A stretch of 62,520 nt of DNA, counting the filler. It is 14 parts of 14 records of this genome, joined end to end, with 100 filler letters (N's around TTAATTAATTAA, not from the genome) between each part and the next. Parts side by side here need not be neighbours in the genome. Positions count along the whole stretch, not along the records: positions 11,279 to 14,767 come from SRR15195285_7102; positions 14,868 to 23,919 come from SRR15195285_7114; 12 more parts are not named here. One strand, given 5' to 3'. The notes below the pieces were generated by a model. It was not told the DNA's origin. It saw only the letters and a program-made list of their open reading frames with translations, and ran no database searches. Below are positions 11,573 to 22,285 of the stretch, piece by piece (within the stretch, counting starts at the first letter, position 1; each line of letters starts with the position of its first letter). A program made the translations under genes and the position numbers.

Positions 11573-12655
11573 ATGTCGCTGGCTGGGGACGTGGCGATCG
11601 TCACCGGTGGGGGCGATGGCATTGGTGGCGCCACCGCGCGCCGGCTGGCTGAGGAGGGTGCGAGTGTGCTGATTGTCGAGATCTCGAGGGAGCTCGGGGA
11701 GGAGAACGCTGCTGCGATCCGAGCTGGTGGTGGTATAGCCGACGCGGTCGTGCTGGACGTGAGCAGCAGCGCGGATGTCCAGGCGATGGTCGACACCGCC
11801 GTAGAAAGGTTCGGCAAGCTGACGCTGCTCGTGAATAACGCGTAGGTGGACGCAAGCCCTGAGTGACTCTTGCTGGAGCGCAGCCTCACGCTGTGCGCGC
11901 GTGTGTGTCCGAAGGTATGGTGCACGCAGAGATCTACCGACTCCCTCGCAGGGAACTCTGGGTGACAAGCCGGGCACCAAGCTGCCAAACTCAAGCAAGG
12001 GATCGGCCGTCGACCTGACCGAAGAAGGCTGGGACTACGCATTCGATATCGGCCTCAAGTCACACTTCCTCGCAGCCAAGTATGCCGTGCCGCATATGGC
12101 GCAGGCCGGAGGGGGGTCTATCGTGAACATCAGCTCTGTGCACGGGATGCTCTCCGCGCGCAACAACCTTGCGTACTCGTCTCTAAAGGCAGGGGTGCTC
12201 GGTCTCACGCGCCAGATGGCTGTCGATTTCGGACCGCTTGGCATCCGTGTCAATGCCATTCTGCCGGGCCTGATTGTAAAAGAGTCTAACGCGGCCATGA
12301 GCCCGGCACACGAGCCCCAGACGCCGGAGCAGGCAGAGCGTCGCGCTTTCATGGCGGACCAGTACCCTGTGCGACACTATGGCGAGCCGATCGACATCGC
12401 GAACGGTACGTGGTATCAGTTAGTTTGCCTTGCACAGCGGCGCAGACAGAATCTATCTATAGACGGGGTGACCCGGTGTACGTTAAACGTATGGGTGCTG
12501 CAGGTGTGCGGTTTTTGTGCTCTGATGAAGCATCGTTCATCACGGGTCATTCACTCAACATCGACGGTGGTCTGACTATTCAGCTGCAGGAGGATATGGG
12601 TGTACGACAGGCCGAGTTCAAAGCGCTTCAGCTGAGCCAGCGCTCGAAGCTTTGA
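11573..12655 (+). CDS. Short-chain dehydrogenase/reductase (classical SDR, FabG-like)
   Basis: Motifs VAIVTGGGDGIG, LVNNA, IVNISS, YSSLK, IRVNAILPG and ITGHSLNIDGG. Introns at 11842-(11914 or 11929) and 12406-12503. The C-terminus is SKL. Confidence 0.95.
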
Positions 12656-12754
12656 GGAGTCATGCATTTCCCAGCAACGTGATATTATGATTGTACAATA
12701 ATTATGACGACGCGCACAAGTTTTCTCAGTCCACTGTGAAGGCGCGATAAGGCA

Positions 12755-14767
12755 CTAGGCTGCACGAAGCAGCCGCACAGTCGTTCGCTTTCGCTTCAGC
12801 AAGTCAGTAGCCAGGCTCAGCATTGTGCTCATCACCGTGAATGGCGCATCCTGTTCTTGCCCCTGTGCTCCTCCTTGCTCTGCTGGTGGGGACTCTCCAG
12901 GCATCGTGCCAGGCGCAGCTTCCGCCTGCGCCTTCTGTCGCGCCTCGTCCGCCTCCACCTGCGCCCGTTCGAGCTGTCGCTCTGCCTCGTCCAGCTGATC
13001 CTGCTTCCATGAAACCATGTCGCTAGCTGCTTCGCTCTGTGCCCTCTCCTCTTCAACCTCTGCCTTTAGCTCTGCAACCAAGATTTCGGACGCGCCGATG
13101 GCAGCTTGCATCTCCGCTTTGACTGCTGTCACTGCCTCGTCAACTTGCTTGGCTGCATCCTCTTGCGCCTCGGCGAGTGCTTCCTCCAGGGTCATCACAT
13201 CCTCGCGTGCCTCCTGTGCCTGTGCTTCTGCTTCCACTTTCGCGAGAACTGCCGCTGCGAGCTGCATAGCTGAGGTGTCTGGATGTGTTCCCGCTGGTGT
13301 GGGGGCTGCGCCTACTTGAGAAGATTCTGCTGTTGGAGATTCATCGGAATCAGCCTTATCAGTAATGCCAACCTCAGATGCTGTGATCTCAACAGCATCT
13401 CCGCCGTCGGTATTGCCATCATGGCCACCGGCAGCACCATCTTTTGCAATCGCATCCCTAAGTCCTGCCAGCTCCTGATCCCAATCAACCGATGCTTCGC
13501 CATTGGCTCCGGCGGCGGCTCTCGCAGCTTCTCGTTGCTGTCGCTCTAGCGCTGCTTGTGCCTCCCATTTCGCCTCTTCAGAATCTTCCAGAATATCGCT
13601 GTCTTCCGAAACGTCCAGCCGATCCTGCTCCTTGTGCTCTCGCTCTCGCTCTCGCTCTTGCACTTGCACTTGCACTTGCTGCTGTTGTTTCTCATGCTGC
13701 AACACCCGCAGTAGCTGCTCCTGGCGCAGCTCGTCGTGCTTCTCTCGCCATGACCGGGCCTCTTCCGCAGCGGACGCAGCCTCCTCCTTCGCACGCTGCT
13801 CATTCTCTTCCCTCATCTTCATTTCTTCCTTCATGGTCTGCAGCTCAAACTTCATCTCCAGCAAGGCTTCCGCTTCGGCTTCCAACCTGCGGTTCCGTTC
13901 TTTCAGCTCTGCCACTTCTTTCGCACTGGCAGCTGCCTCCGTGGGAGCGGGACCTGCTGGGGGCTGGCTGCTGCTCTCTCGGCTCCGTACCAGTGGCGCT
14001 TCCGCTGCGTTTGAGACCGTACCTAGCCCGGCGGTCGTCAGTGATGCAGGCCCATGCCCCACTGCGCCCGTACGCAATGCTCGCAGCTCTGGGACGGTGA
14101 ACGACTGCGCAGCGTGGACGTCCAGAGAACCCACCTGCAGCTGCGGTGGCAAGGAGAGAGATTCACCGCCCCCATCTGTAGTTTTTGATGCATCATCGCC
14201 GTGGAACTCCAGGATTACTTCGTCTTCGCCGTCGTCGTCCTCGTCGTTATCGCCATGCTCATCCTGCTCAACTTCAAAGCGACCACTCAGGAGCAGGTCA
14301 AGGGTGTCCACAGATTCGGGTTCGTCGGGCTGATAGGTTAGCAGTTCGACCCCACCGAATGTCACAAGCGTTGTTTTCTTCTGTCGTTGCTCCTCTTCGT
14401 GCACCTCGTCAGCTTCCACGTCGGCCGTGACGTCCTCTAGCCTCGCATCGAAAGAGCCGTCAAGCGAATCGTCAAAAGAATCATCGGAGTATCCCATCTC
14501 CATCGCCACGCCTAGGTCAGTGAAAGACTGTTCTGAACTAATCGGCCTGTCTAGCGGCGAATCCGCATCGAGCCTGGACTGTTCCAGCTGATCAATATCC
14601 TCCCCCACCTTGTCGCTGAGCTCCCAAGTTTGATCGGGCGTGACAACGTGACCACCAGAATCGATGGACAGTTCCTGTGGCACGGGCTGCTGCGGCGGCG
14701 ACGGCTCCAGCTCTGGCGACGGCTCTAGCTCTGGCGACGGCTCCAGCTCCGGCTCCAGCTCCGGCTC
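12755..14767 (-). CDS. Acidic coiled-coil protein, 5' truncated
   Basis: The frame is open to the contig edge, with E/A/Q-rich heptads and N-terminal EPELEPSP repeats. Confidence 0.7.
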   Translation of the reverse strand, partial: EPELEPELEPSPELEPSPELEPSPPQQPVPQELSIDSGGHVVTPDQTWELSDKVGEDIDQLEQSRLDADSPLDRPISSEQSFTDLGVAMEMGYSDDSFDDSLDGSFDARLEDVTADVEADEVHEEEQRQKKTTLVTFGGVELLTYQPDEPESVDTLDLLLSGRFEVEQDEHGDNDEDDDGEDEVILEFHGDDASKTTDGGGESLSLPPQLQVGSLDVHAAQSFTVPELRALRTGAVGHGPASLTTAGLGTVSNAAEAPLVRSRESSSQPPAGPAPTEAAASAKEVAELKERNRRLEAEAEALLEMKFELQTMKEEMKMREENEQRAKEEAASAAEEARSWREKHDELRQEQLLRVLQHEKQQQQVQVQVQEREREREHKEQDRLDVSEDSDILEDSEEAKWEAQAALERQQREAARAAAGANGEASVDWDQELAGLRDAIAKDGAAGGHDGNTDGGDAVEITASEVGITDKADSDESPTAESSQVGAAPTPAGTHPDTSAMQLAAAVLAKVEAEAQAQEAREDVMTLEEALAEAQEDAAKQVDEAVTAVKAEMQAAIGASEILVAELKAEVEEERAQSEAASDMVSWKQDQLDEAERQLERAQVEADEARQKAQAEAAPGTMPGESPPAEQGGAQGQEQDAPFTVMSTMLSLATDLLKRKRTTVRLLRAA
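14697..14767. repeat. Coding 18-bp/12-bp tandem repeat encoding (ELEPSP)n and (EPEL)n
   Basis: GGCGACGGCTC(C/T)AGCTC(T/C) three times, followed by GGCTCCAGCTCC units. Confidence 0.85.
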
Positions 14768-14896
14768 NNNNNNNNNNNNNNNNNNNNNNNNNNNNNNNNN
14801 NNNNNNNNNNNTTAATTAATTAANNNNNNNNNNNNNNNNNNNNNNNNNNNNNNNNNNNNNNNNNNNNAAAGTGCAGCTCCAACTCCATCCTCGTTC

Positions 14897-17062
14897 ATGG
14901 CCTCGTCAGCACCGGCCAGTCAAGAGCGACCATATGCTCAAACAAGACCACACAGTGCAATGGCAGCTCTTAGTTCAAAGCCTGCTCCGCCGGATCGCGG
15001 GATCCAAGTAGGCGCGAGCACAACAGAAAACACAGGTACACAAGACTCATGGTCAATAACAGAGGAGTGGGAGCAGTCACGACGACCTCAGTCTGCGACG
15101 AACAGGACAGGAGATTCTGGCTCACGTCCGCCACGAGGGCGCATGCGCCCTGCCACGGCGGGACCAGTAGGTGGAAGGATGTCAGCAATCGGCGAGGACC
15201 TTCGAGCACCGCATGGATTAGGTCTTGAGAGACCGCAGTTGCCACAGCGACCACGCTCCGCACTTCCGTATGCACAGAGTTATCCTACTGTTGGCACACC
15301 ACCCCAGCGTCCAGGCAGCCCTCATGGGTTGGGCCGCCCACGCAGTGCAACTAGTCAGAGCAGCCGCCCGGGCAGTGGTCGCGACAGGCCAGGGAGTGCT
15401 GGTGGTCTAAGACCGAGTAGTGGAAGCAGCATGGATGACGCAAGAAGCAATCAGTTCGACGAGCTGGAGATGCAAGCGCATGATTTATCAGCGATATCGA
15501 CTGCTTCTATCTCACAGGAAGCCGATGACTGGCACTCGCCAACGTCCGCTCCACGAGAGATGGTTGCACGAGATAGTCTCGCTCGACCTAGTGGTGCAGC
15601 GTTGCTCGCAGAAGTAGAGCGTTCTGCACAGTTCAATCAGGCGATGGCTGGTGTTCATGGGTCCGAAGGTGGAGGTGAAGGGGCTGCAATTGACCACAAA
15701 GGATTGGCAGCACAAATCCTTCTCGGCGGGCAGGCGGCTGCTCACCGGAGAGACGCAAGCAGATCGTACACGCGCCCATTGTCCTCCGTCTCTGAATCGT
15801 CTCTCGGTCAACAGGACGACGATGATGGCGACATAGAATTTGTAGGCACAGGAAAAACAGTGACGGAGGTACTCGCACTCACCGATCGCTCTGCTATCGT
15901 TGATCCGCTTGAAGGCGCAGCATCGAGGGAGAACACCTGGAACCAAGCTGAGATGATCAGGTTGTCGATGGCAGTCAAACTGAAGGGTGAAAACGACTGG
16001 GAGAAGGTCGCCAGCATCGTTTCAACAGGCGCTGTGCCGCGTACGGCTGCTGAGTGTGCCGATGCATGGGAGCGGAATATGGATCAGTACACGACGCAGG
16101 GACAGTGGATTGGCTACACTAGCTCTGACCGCCCACCACCAGGTGCAGATGCAGCGGCATTGGAAGGGATGATAGCTTCCGTCCAGCGTCAGCTGGAGAA
16201 AAATCCGGACAACACAGATCTGCAAGACCTGCTGCAGCATATGCAGCGTATGCTCTTCGAGAGCATACATGTTGACAAGGAGGCGGAACAGGCACGCTCT
16301 GACGGTCAGGCAATGGCTGTTGCACCATCGCCCGCGCAAGCAACACATGACTGGGTTGAGGCTGAGCGGATTAAGGCGTCATACGAGGGTGGTGGTGGAA
16401 CTGTTGATTATCCTGGGGCGGATGGTGATGGAGAAAACGACGATGAGAGTGCTGGCACTCTAGCTTTGGCCCACCAAAGGTATGACGATCCGCCGCAGAC
16501 TCGGAGCGAGCTTATACACGCTGCTCTCTCTCGTGACTGTACGCATAAGATGGCGCCTTCAGAAAAGAGTGTGGTGTTCGAATCGACGGGCGGCGAGTGG
16601 TACTGCGATGGCTGTGGGGAGCAAAATCCAGCGGGCAGGCTCTTTCAATGCCGTGTTTGCAACGAATACGACCTGTGTACGCAGTGTATGCGTGGGCAAG
16701 GGCGTGAGACAGAAGTTTTGTTCAATAGGCTCAATCTGGGAGGCAGCATGGCAGCAGGAGCACTCGGTGGTGCGACTGCGGCGAAGCAAATCCGAAAGAA
16801 GGAAAGCTACGAAGAACGCGAGGCGGTGCGCAGCGATTTCTTGCATGAATGCCAACTCCTCACCTGACCTCACAAAACTTTGCACACATATGCTGCTTGC
16901 ACACAGGAAAAGGCTCGCTTGAGAAAAGCGGTCGAGGAGCTGGAGGACATCCAAAACGCAGCTCGCGAAAAGCGCCAGGCTGAGCGCATAGCTGCTGCCG
17001 CGGCGCGTAAACAAGCAGAAATTGCGCAAGAGGCAGCGCGCAAACGACGTTGGATGTCGTAG
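14897..17062 (+). CDS. Protein with a Myb/SANT-like domain and a ZZ-type zinc finger
   Basis: SANT-like TWNQAEMIRL..DWEKVASIV..RTAAECADAW; ZZ-like WYCDGC..FQCRVCNEYDLCTQC; RPxSA-rich N-terminus. A phase-0 intron 16826-16906 leads to a coiled-coil exon. The 5' end may be truncated. Confidence 0.8.
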
Positions 17063-17229
17063 GCGTCTCATAGGAGACGGTTCTAGTGCTTACTTTTGTG
17101 ATACCTGCGCGGAGCATGCAACACCAGTACCTGTATGCTGCGCACCTCATCATGGATCGTCCATTGCGATCAAAGATGGACAACCCAAAGTGCAGTCGCT
17201 GGTAAAAACACCATGCATGTTCATTAGAA

Positions 17230-18306
17230 TTACTGGCTGCTGTCCAGCCCACTGCCCAGAGCCCACTGCGAGCGGTTCGTGGGTTCGCATGGCTGCCCAT
17301 GCTTCAAAGGCTGACACACAGCAAAATCGGTACAGTTGCCACGCTCCAGCCGGCGGTTGTATTGCAGCTCAAAGCACCACCACTCAAGTGCTGTGGTTGA
17401 CCAGTAGTTCGGACTGCGCCCACACTCAGACGTGTCAAGAGCGTAGGTTGGCTTCATCCCGAAGTCGCCGTCGCGCTTCCCATCGGCGCCGAGGCCGCCG
17501 TAGAGCGTGCGGTAGGCCCCAATGACCTCGCCCGTACGGTCGCACCCAGCTGTACCTGCTCCGTACGATATTAGTGTATGAGAGAGAGAGAGAGAGAAAT
17601 AGTTGTACACTAATGGTTTTTGTACGGAGTACGTACAGTGCACAATTGTCACAGACGATCGACCAGCTGGAGTGGGTGGATCCGCGGGCTGGACCAGCAT
17701 CTGGCGCAACTCTGTAATGCGGGTAGGTAGTTTGTCTACGGCCCAGACCGTGGTGTTGAGAAGTTCCCAGCGCTTGGTTGGCGAGAGCGACGCTGGTGTC
17801 TCGATCCCAGCCAAACCAAGTGGCCAGTTGGTAAAATGCCCAAACTGTGCATTGACTCGATCCTTCCAGAACTTTTTCTCTAGCTCAAATCGTTTGTCAA
17901 AGTCGTTGTTCAAGCTGACGACTCGCAAGTACAGTGGGTACTCGAGCGCCAAGTGCAATGCTGTGGCGCGCTGTGTAATGCCAGTGACGAGCCCGTCCAG
18001 GTCGAAACCCGTGCTGTTGACCGGCATATTCGACCGCACGAGCAGGTTGGTCGGCTGATGATTCACTGGAACATAGGTGTCCACAATGTGCAGGCGTGAA
18101 TAGTCTAGATCACCCAGCGAATCGTGCACATGCAGCACCAGCACCAGCAGCAGCAAGAGGAGCGCGTGTCCCAGCTGGCTACGCTGGCTGAGGAGCGCTG
18201 ATGATGAGTCTGAGACCTTTCTAGCCTTTCGGAGGTGAATCGGAGGTGAATGCTTTGGCCGCTTGATCTGCTGTGCTGAATCTTCTCCGCAGACGACACA
18301 GACCAT
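17230..18306 (-). CDS. Cys-dependent (CX5R) tyrosine/dual-specificity phosphatase-like protein with an N-terminal hydrophobic segment
   Basis: Removing the in-frame intron 17636-17556 restores IVHCTAGCDRTGE. The segment HALLLLLLVLVL looks like a signal or anchor. Confidence 0.8.
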   Translation of the reverse strand: MVCVVCGEDSAQQIKRPKHSPPIHLRKARKVSDSSSALLSQRSQLGHALLLLLLVLVLHVHDSLGDLDYSRLHIVDTYVPVNHQPTNLLVRSNMPVNSTGFDLDGLVTGITQRATALHLALEYPLYLRVVSLNNDFDKRFELEKKFWKDRVNAQFGHFTNWPLGLAGIETPASLSPTKRWELLNTTVWAVDKLPTRITELRQMLVQPADPPTPAGRSSVTIVHCTYSVQKPLVYNYFSLSLSHTLISYGAGTAGCDRTGEVIGAYRTLYGGLGADGKRDGDFGMKPTYALDTSECGRSPNYWSTTALEWWCFELQYNRRLERGNCTDFAVCQPLKHGQPCEPTNRSQWALGSGLDSSQ

Positions 18307-18563
18307 GCCGTGTCTCTCTCGCGATACGGTAGGGACAACTTCAAGGGGCGCGGGCTCCGGAGCACGCGTGTATCAGCTGTATCTGTACATGTATGTGCAG
18401 ATCTAGATCTATTGCATGCTTGCATGGTCCATCCGGCGTCCGCGCGACGGAGCGTAGATCTCCGTAGGAAGCTCCTAGTCAACCTGGGCACTGCGGCATT
18501 CTCGCCATGTGTCGTTTGTGTATCTTCTTCGCGATACTCCGCCACGTACACGTACATGATCAT

Positions 18564-18575
18564 GTAGGATCCTAC
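18564..18575. promoter_or_regulatory. Palindrome GTAGGATCCTAC in a divergent intergenic region
   Basis: It sits between head-to-head genes starting at 18306 (-) and 18906 (+), and overlaps a second palindrome TACATGATCATGTA at 18553-18566. Confidence 0.5.
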
Positions 18576-18905
18576 CCGCGCGCCAGGCAGCCGGATCCGA
18601 TCCCTGCGGCAGGTTCAAAAAGCAACACGTAAAAGTCGGTCTCTGAATGCAGTGTTACGACTACTCTAAAGTAGTGTTTCGTGGTTATGCGCATTCAAAA
18701 GTATGTATATCACTACGAGTTGGGAACCAAATATGGAAACATGAAATGCGACTTACTATACCCCAGCTCCCCACGGCAGGCCGCGACGCGGCGCGCGAAA
18801 ATTGGTGTACGTGTAGTGCCGTACGTGCAGACGACGGGCGACTCGGACGGCGGCGGCGACGGACGCGCCAGCTGACTACACGCTCAACGAAGCGGGTGCG
18901 GATCT

Positions 18906-20007
18906 ATGGCGAACCTGGGTAGCCGACGCATCGGTCTGGGTCTCGCAGCGCTGGGTCGTCCGGGGTACATCACCCTCGGTCGCAGCGATGCGATCGGCGA
19001 TGCAGCGAGCCGCGACGTCGAGTACGTGCTTTGACTTACTTGCGCCGCAGTGTACACACGTTCCGCACCTTTCAAACATGACTGTGAGAATCGTTCCGTA
19101 GACCCGCGAGATGATCAAGAGATGTGTTGGCTGGAGTAGGTACATGCGGCGCCGGACCGAGGCAGTTATCGAGACGGCATGGGCGGAGGGGGTGCGATGG
19201 TTTGACGTCGCGCGCAGCTACGGACGGGCGGAGGAGTTCTTGGGGGATTGGCTGCGCGAGCGTCAGGTGGCGCCCAGCGACGTTGCGGTCAGCAGCAAGT
19301 GGGGATACCGATATGTTGCAGACTGGCAGGTTGAGGTCGCTGGCGACGTTCACGAGGTGAAAGAGCACACTGCTGAGAATTTCGCGAGTCAGTTGGTGGA
19401 GACAGTGGACTGCATTGGCGAGTACGTTCGGCTCTATCAGATCCACTCAGCAACAATCGAAAGTGGCGTGCTCCAGAACGACAGGGTGCTCCAGGCGCTT
19501 CACTTGTGCAAGCAAGAGCGTGGCTGGGCCATAGGCTTGTCGCTAAGTTCACCAACACAGAGCGATGTGCTCCGTGCGGCGCTAGCTACTAGGGTACAAG
19601 GCGAGGCACTGTTCAGTAGCTGTCAGGTGACGTACAACCTGCTAGAGCAAGGGGCACACGCGGCGCTCATGGAAGCACATCGCGCAGGACTGACGGTAGT
19701 GATCAAAGAGGGCGTGGCGAATGGGCGGTTGCTGTCAGGTCGATCGGGCGCAGCAATCGATGCAACATGCGCGCACTTTGGTTGCACCCGCGATCAGCTG
19801 GCCCTTGCCTGCATTGTCGCGCAAGAGTTCGAACCATTCGTTCTATCTGGCGCGGTCACGCGTAGGCAGCTATCAAGCAACCTCCAGGCGGATGAGATCG
19901 CCGAGCAGCTGAAGAAAGAGCCAGCACTACTAGCGCATGTGATGGAAAAGCTCAAACAAGACTCCGAGACGTACTGGAGCGACAGGGCTGCATTGAAGTG
20001 GAACTGA
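18906..20007 (+). CDS. Aldo/keto reductase, bacterial-like subfamily
   Basis: Motifs IGLGLAALGRPGYITLG, FDVARSYGRAEEFLG, VSSKWGY, LYQIHSAT, QVTYNLLE and KEGVANGRL. Phase-2 intron 19022-19139. Confidence 0.93.
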
Positions 20008-20128
20008 GTCGGTCCATTCAGTATTTGCCCACATGCAGCCACATGTTGCCTTCTGTTTTCAATGCAACTTCGCACGCCCATGTCCTGTTTGCTAAATTCG
20101 TCGAGCTCAAGCGATTGCTTTCTATTGT

Positions 20129-21256
20129 TTATACGGTGGCGGCAGCTGGATGGCAGACGCAATTTCCACGCCCGAGCAGACCGACGGCGTGTAGAATCTC
20201 CCTGCCGGTGCGTAGCAACCCGTGCTGCACGAAGTCACGCGGAGTTGAGAAGAACAAGTTGACGCTCACGGTCGCGCTTAGGCTCGTCACGTGATGGTAC
20301 CAAAACTTGGGTAAGAAGAGAACATCACCGGGCGACAGGATCACCTCGAGTGGAGGCCGAGCGTTGCGTAGTCGCGGGTGTAGCCTGTAGTCCGGAGCAG
20401 ATGGGTCAACATCGCAGCACTCTGTCCCTGAGTCATACTTGCTGTTAACATATAGATTCAGACGCTCACCCGGCTCGTACAGGAGCAGTCGCTTGCGACC
20501 CCGCAGCTGGGCGAGCAGGTTGTCTTCGTCATCATTGTGCAGGCCTGTTGTGGCACCACGTGGCCCCACCCAGCAGTACTGTGTCGTCGAACAGGTGCAG
20601 CGTGAGCCCAGCAGTTCGGCCACGAACACGTCGTCGCGAAGCGACGGGGCCAGTCGAAACAAGTTCGACTGCTTGAGATACACTGGACCCCGAAATAGTG
20701 TAAGGTCACGGTCGCGAGGCTGGGAGGTGTCATCGCTAGAGCCCTCCGCCTCGCTTGCTGAGATTTGCCGTGCTAGGTCTAGCAGTCCAACGGAAGCCTT
20801 GACCGTCGGATCTGAGTGTTCTTCTACTCCGAGAGCAACATCGACGGTGCGGTTGCCGACTCGTTGAGCCAAATATTCCACACTCCATGTCCGCATCCCC
20901 GGCCAATCGGCTGCGGCACCAGCTAGTACAACGGGCCGACCTCGGTCAACGTACTGGGCACAGAAATCCGCAGGCATAAGCCCCCGGACGCGCGGCACTG
21001 CACAGCACACGGCACCGCTGCTGAGGCGCGACTCAAGTGTGTTCTCGCTTGTGGGTTTCGAATCCGCAACCCGAACACCGTGCTCCCGATGGCTGAACGC
21101 CGGAGCAGCCCCAATATCCAAGGGGCCGCCAGAGGCCAGCGATGCACCCGCGATGCTGGACAGGTGATGGCGCAAACGCCTAGTTGCGTGCGTTCGCTTC
21201 CCCAGCGGCGAGCGGGCAAAGCGGAGCTGGACATGCACCAGCAGATCCGGATCCAT
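20129..21256 (-). CDS. JmjC (Cupin_8) 2-oxoglutarate/Fe(II) oxygenase, JMJD5/FIH-like group
   Basis: Motifs GRPVVLAG..WP..WS.EYL, WVGPRGATTGLHNDDEDN (HxD), GRKR and LSPGDVLFLPKFWYHHV. Confidence 0.92.
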   Translation of the reverse strand: MDPDLLVHVQLRFARSPLGKRTHATRRLRHHLSSIAGASLASGGPLDIGAAPAFSHREHGVRVADSKPTSENTLESRLSSGAVCCAVPRVRGLMPADFCAQYVDRGRPVVLAGAAADWPGMRTWSVEYLAQRVGNRTVDVALGVEEHSDPTVKASVGLLDLARQISASEAEGSSDDTSQPRDRDLTLFRGPVYLKQSNLFRLAPSLRDDVFVAELLGSRCTCSTTQYCWVGPRGATTGLHNDDEDNLLAQLRGRKRLLLYEPGERLNLYVNSKYDSGTECCDVDPSAPDYRLHPRLRNARPPLEVILSPGDVLFLPKFWYHHVTSLSATVSVNLFFSTPRDFVQHGLLRTGREILHAVGLLGRGNCVCHPAAATV

Positions 21257-21695
21257 GATACGTTCTAATCACTGACTGCCTGAGGACACCTCTGTGCCTT
21301 CCAGCATCAAGCGACGGCTATGCATGAAGCTGCAGGCATTCCGTCGCGAAGGTGTACGTGGGCGCACACGCCAGCCGCCAGCGCTGACGGCAGCATAGAG
21401 CCGTATGATAGCCTCTATCTACCGGTAGAGAGTAGCCCCCGTCGCGCGTATACCGAGCCGTTCGCGTGAGCGGCGTAGCGCTACGGCTGCCGCGTCGCCG
21501 CCGCCGCGGTCCGGCGCGCCGGCGGCGAGCGTAGCGTAGCCCCGCGGCGCGCGCGCCGGCGAGCCCCCCACGAGCGGCGCGTCGCGTATTCCGCACGCGT
21601 ACGCCGCGCGGTATATTTATGCTATCGATAATTACATTGCGCTATGAATCGAAACTACAGTATAGTAAAGAAAGTACATTCGTACCCGGATTACA

Positions 21696-21707
21696 GTAGG
21701 ATCCTAC
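21696..21707. promoter_or_regulatory. Palindrome GTAGGATCCTAC in a divergent intergenic region
   Basis: It is identical to 18564-18575 and lies between head-to-head genes at 21256 (-) and 22286 (+), next to a CpG-dense tract (21440-21610). Confidence 0.5.
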
Positions 21708-22285
21708 CACATTTTGGAATTGGGTTGAACTTGACAAAAAGTCACGATTCGAGGTGATCAGAGGGGTGCGCTGTCCACTGTATTTATCAGTGAGTTTGAC
21801 CTACCCTACACGATTCCATGCAACCCACGAGCCTGATCATGAACGATGAAGACTTCGCAAGAGTCAGAATCGAGACTCAACTGAGTCAGTTGAAACTCAT
21901 TTCACATTGTCAAATTGTCATTTCCTAATTTAGTGAAACGCGCGCGCCGGTCGGGTGCATGTGAGATGTGTCAAGCGGCGAACATACTACCGTAGTATAA
22001 GATATTGATATAGCATATATACAGTTGGATACAGTCAACAGCGATTGAGAATATACTAGATCTAGTAGACGTGGTCAACGTCAAGGTTGGCTGCAGCCAG
22101 GGGGCCAAGGGCATCTCTAGCTCGGGCTGGCCGCTCTAAAGATGTCGGCGACCTTCGCAGCGACCTGAGAACACACCGGCGGCCCCTCTGGTTTCTTGCA
22201 GCGTGTACGCCGCCGTCGTGCGAGATTCATCGTAGCTCTCTGGTTAGCGGGTCGACTCGACGACGCCGGGCCACGACGGGCTAGG

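Noticed and set aside
13492-14333. Long antisense ORFs opposite real genes (also 2601-3167, 32345-33127, 47084-47629, 55031-55609)
   Set aside because: These are shadow ORFs expected from GC-rich codon usage and carry no independent motifs.
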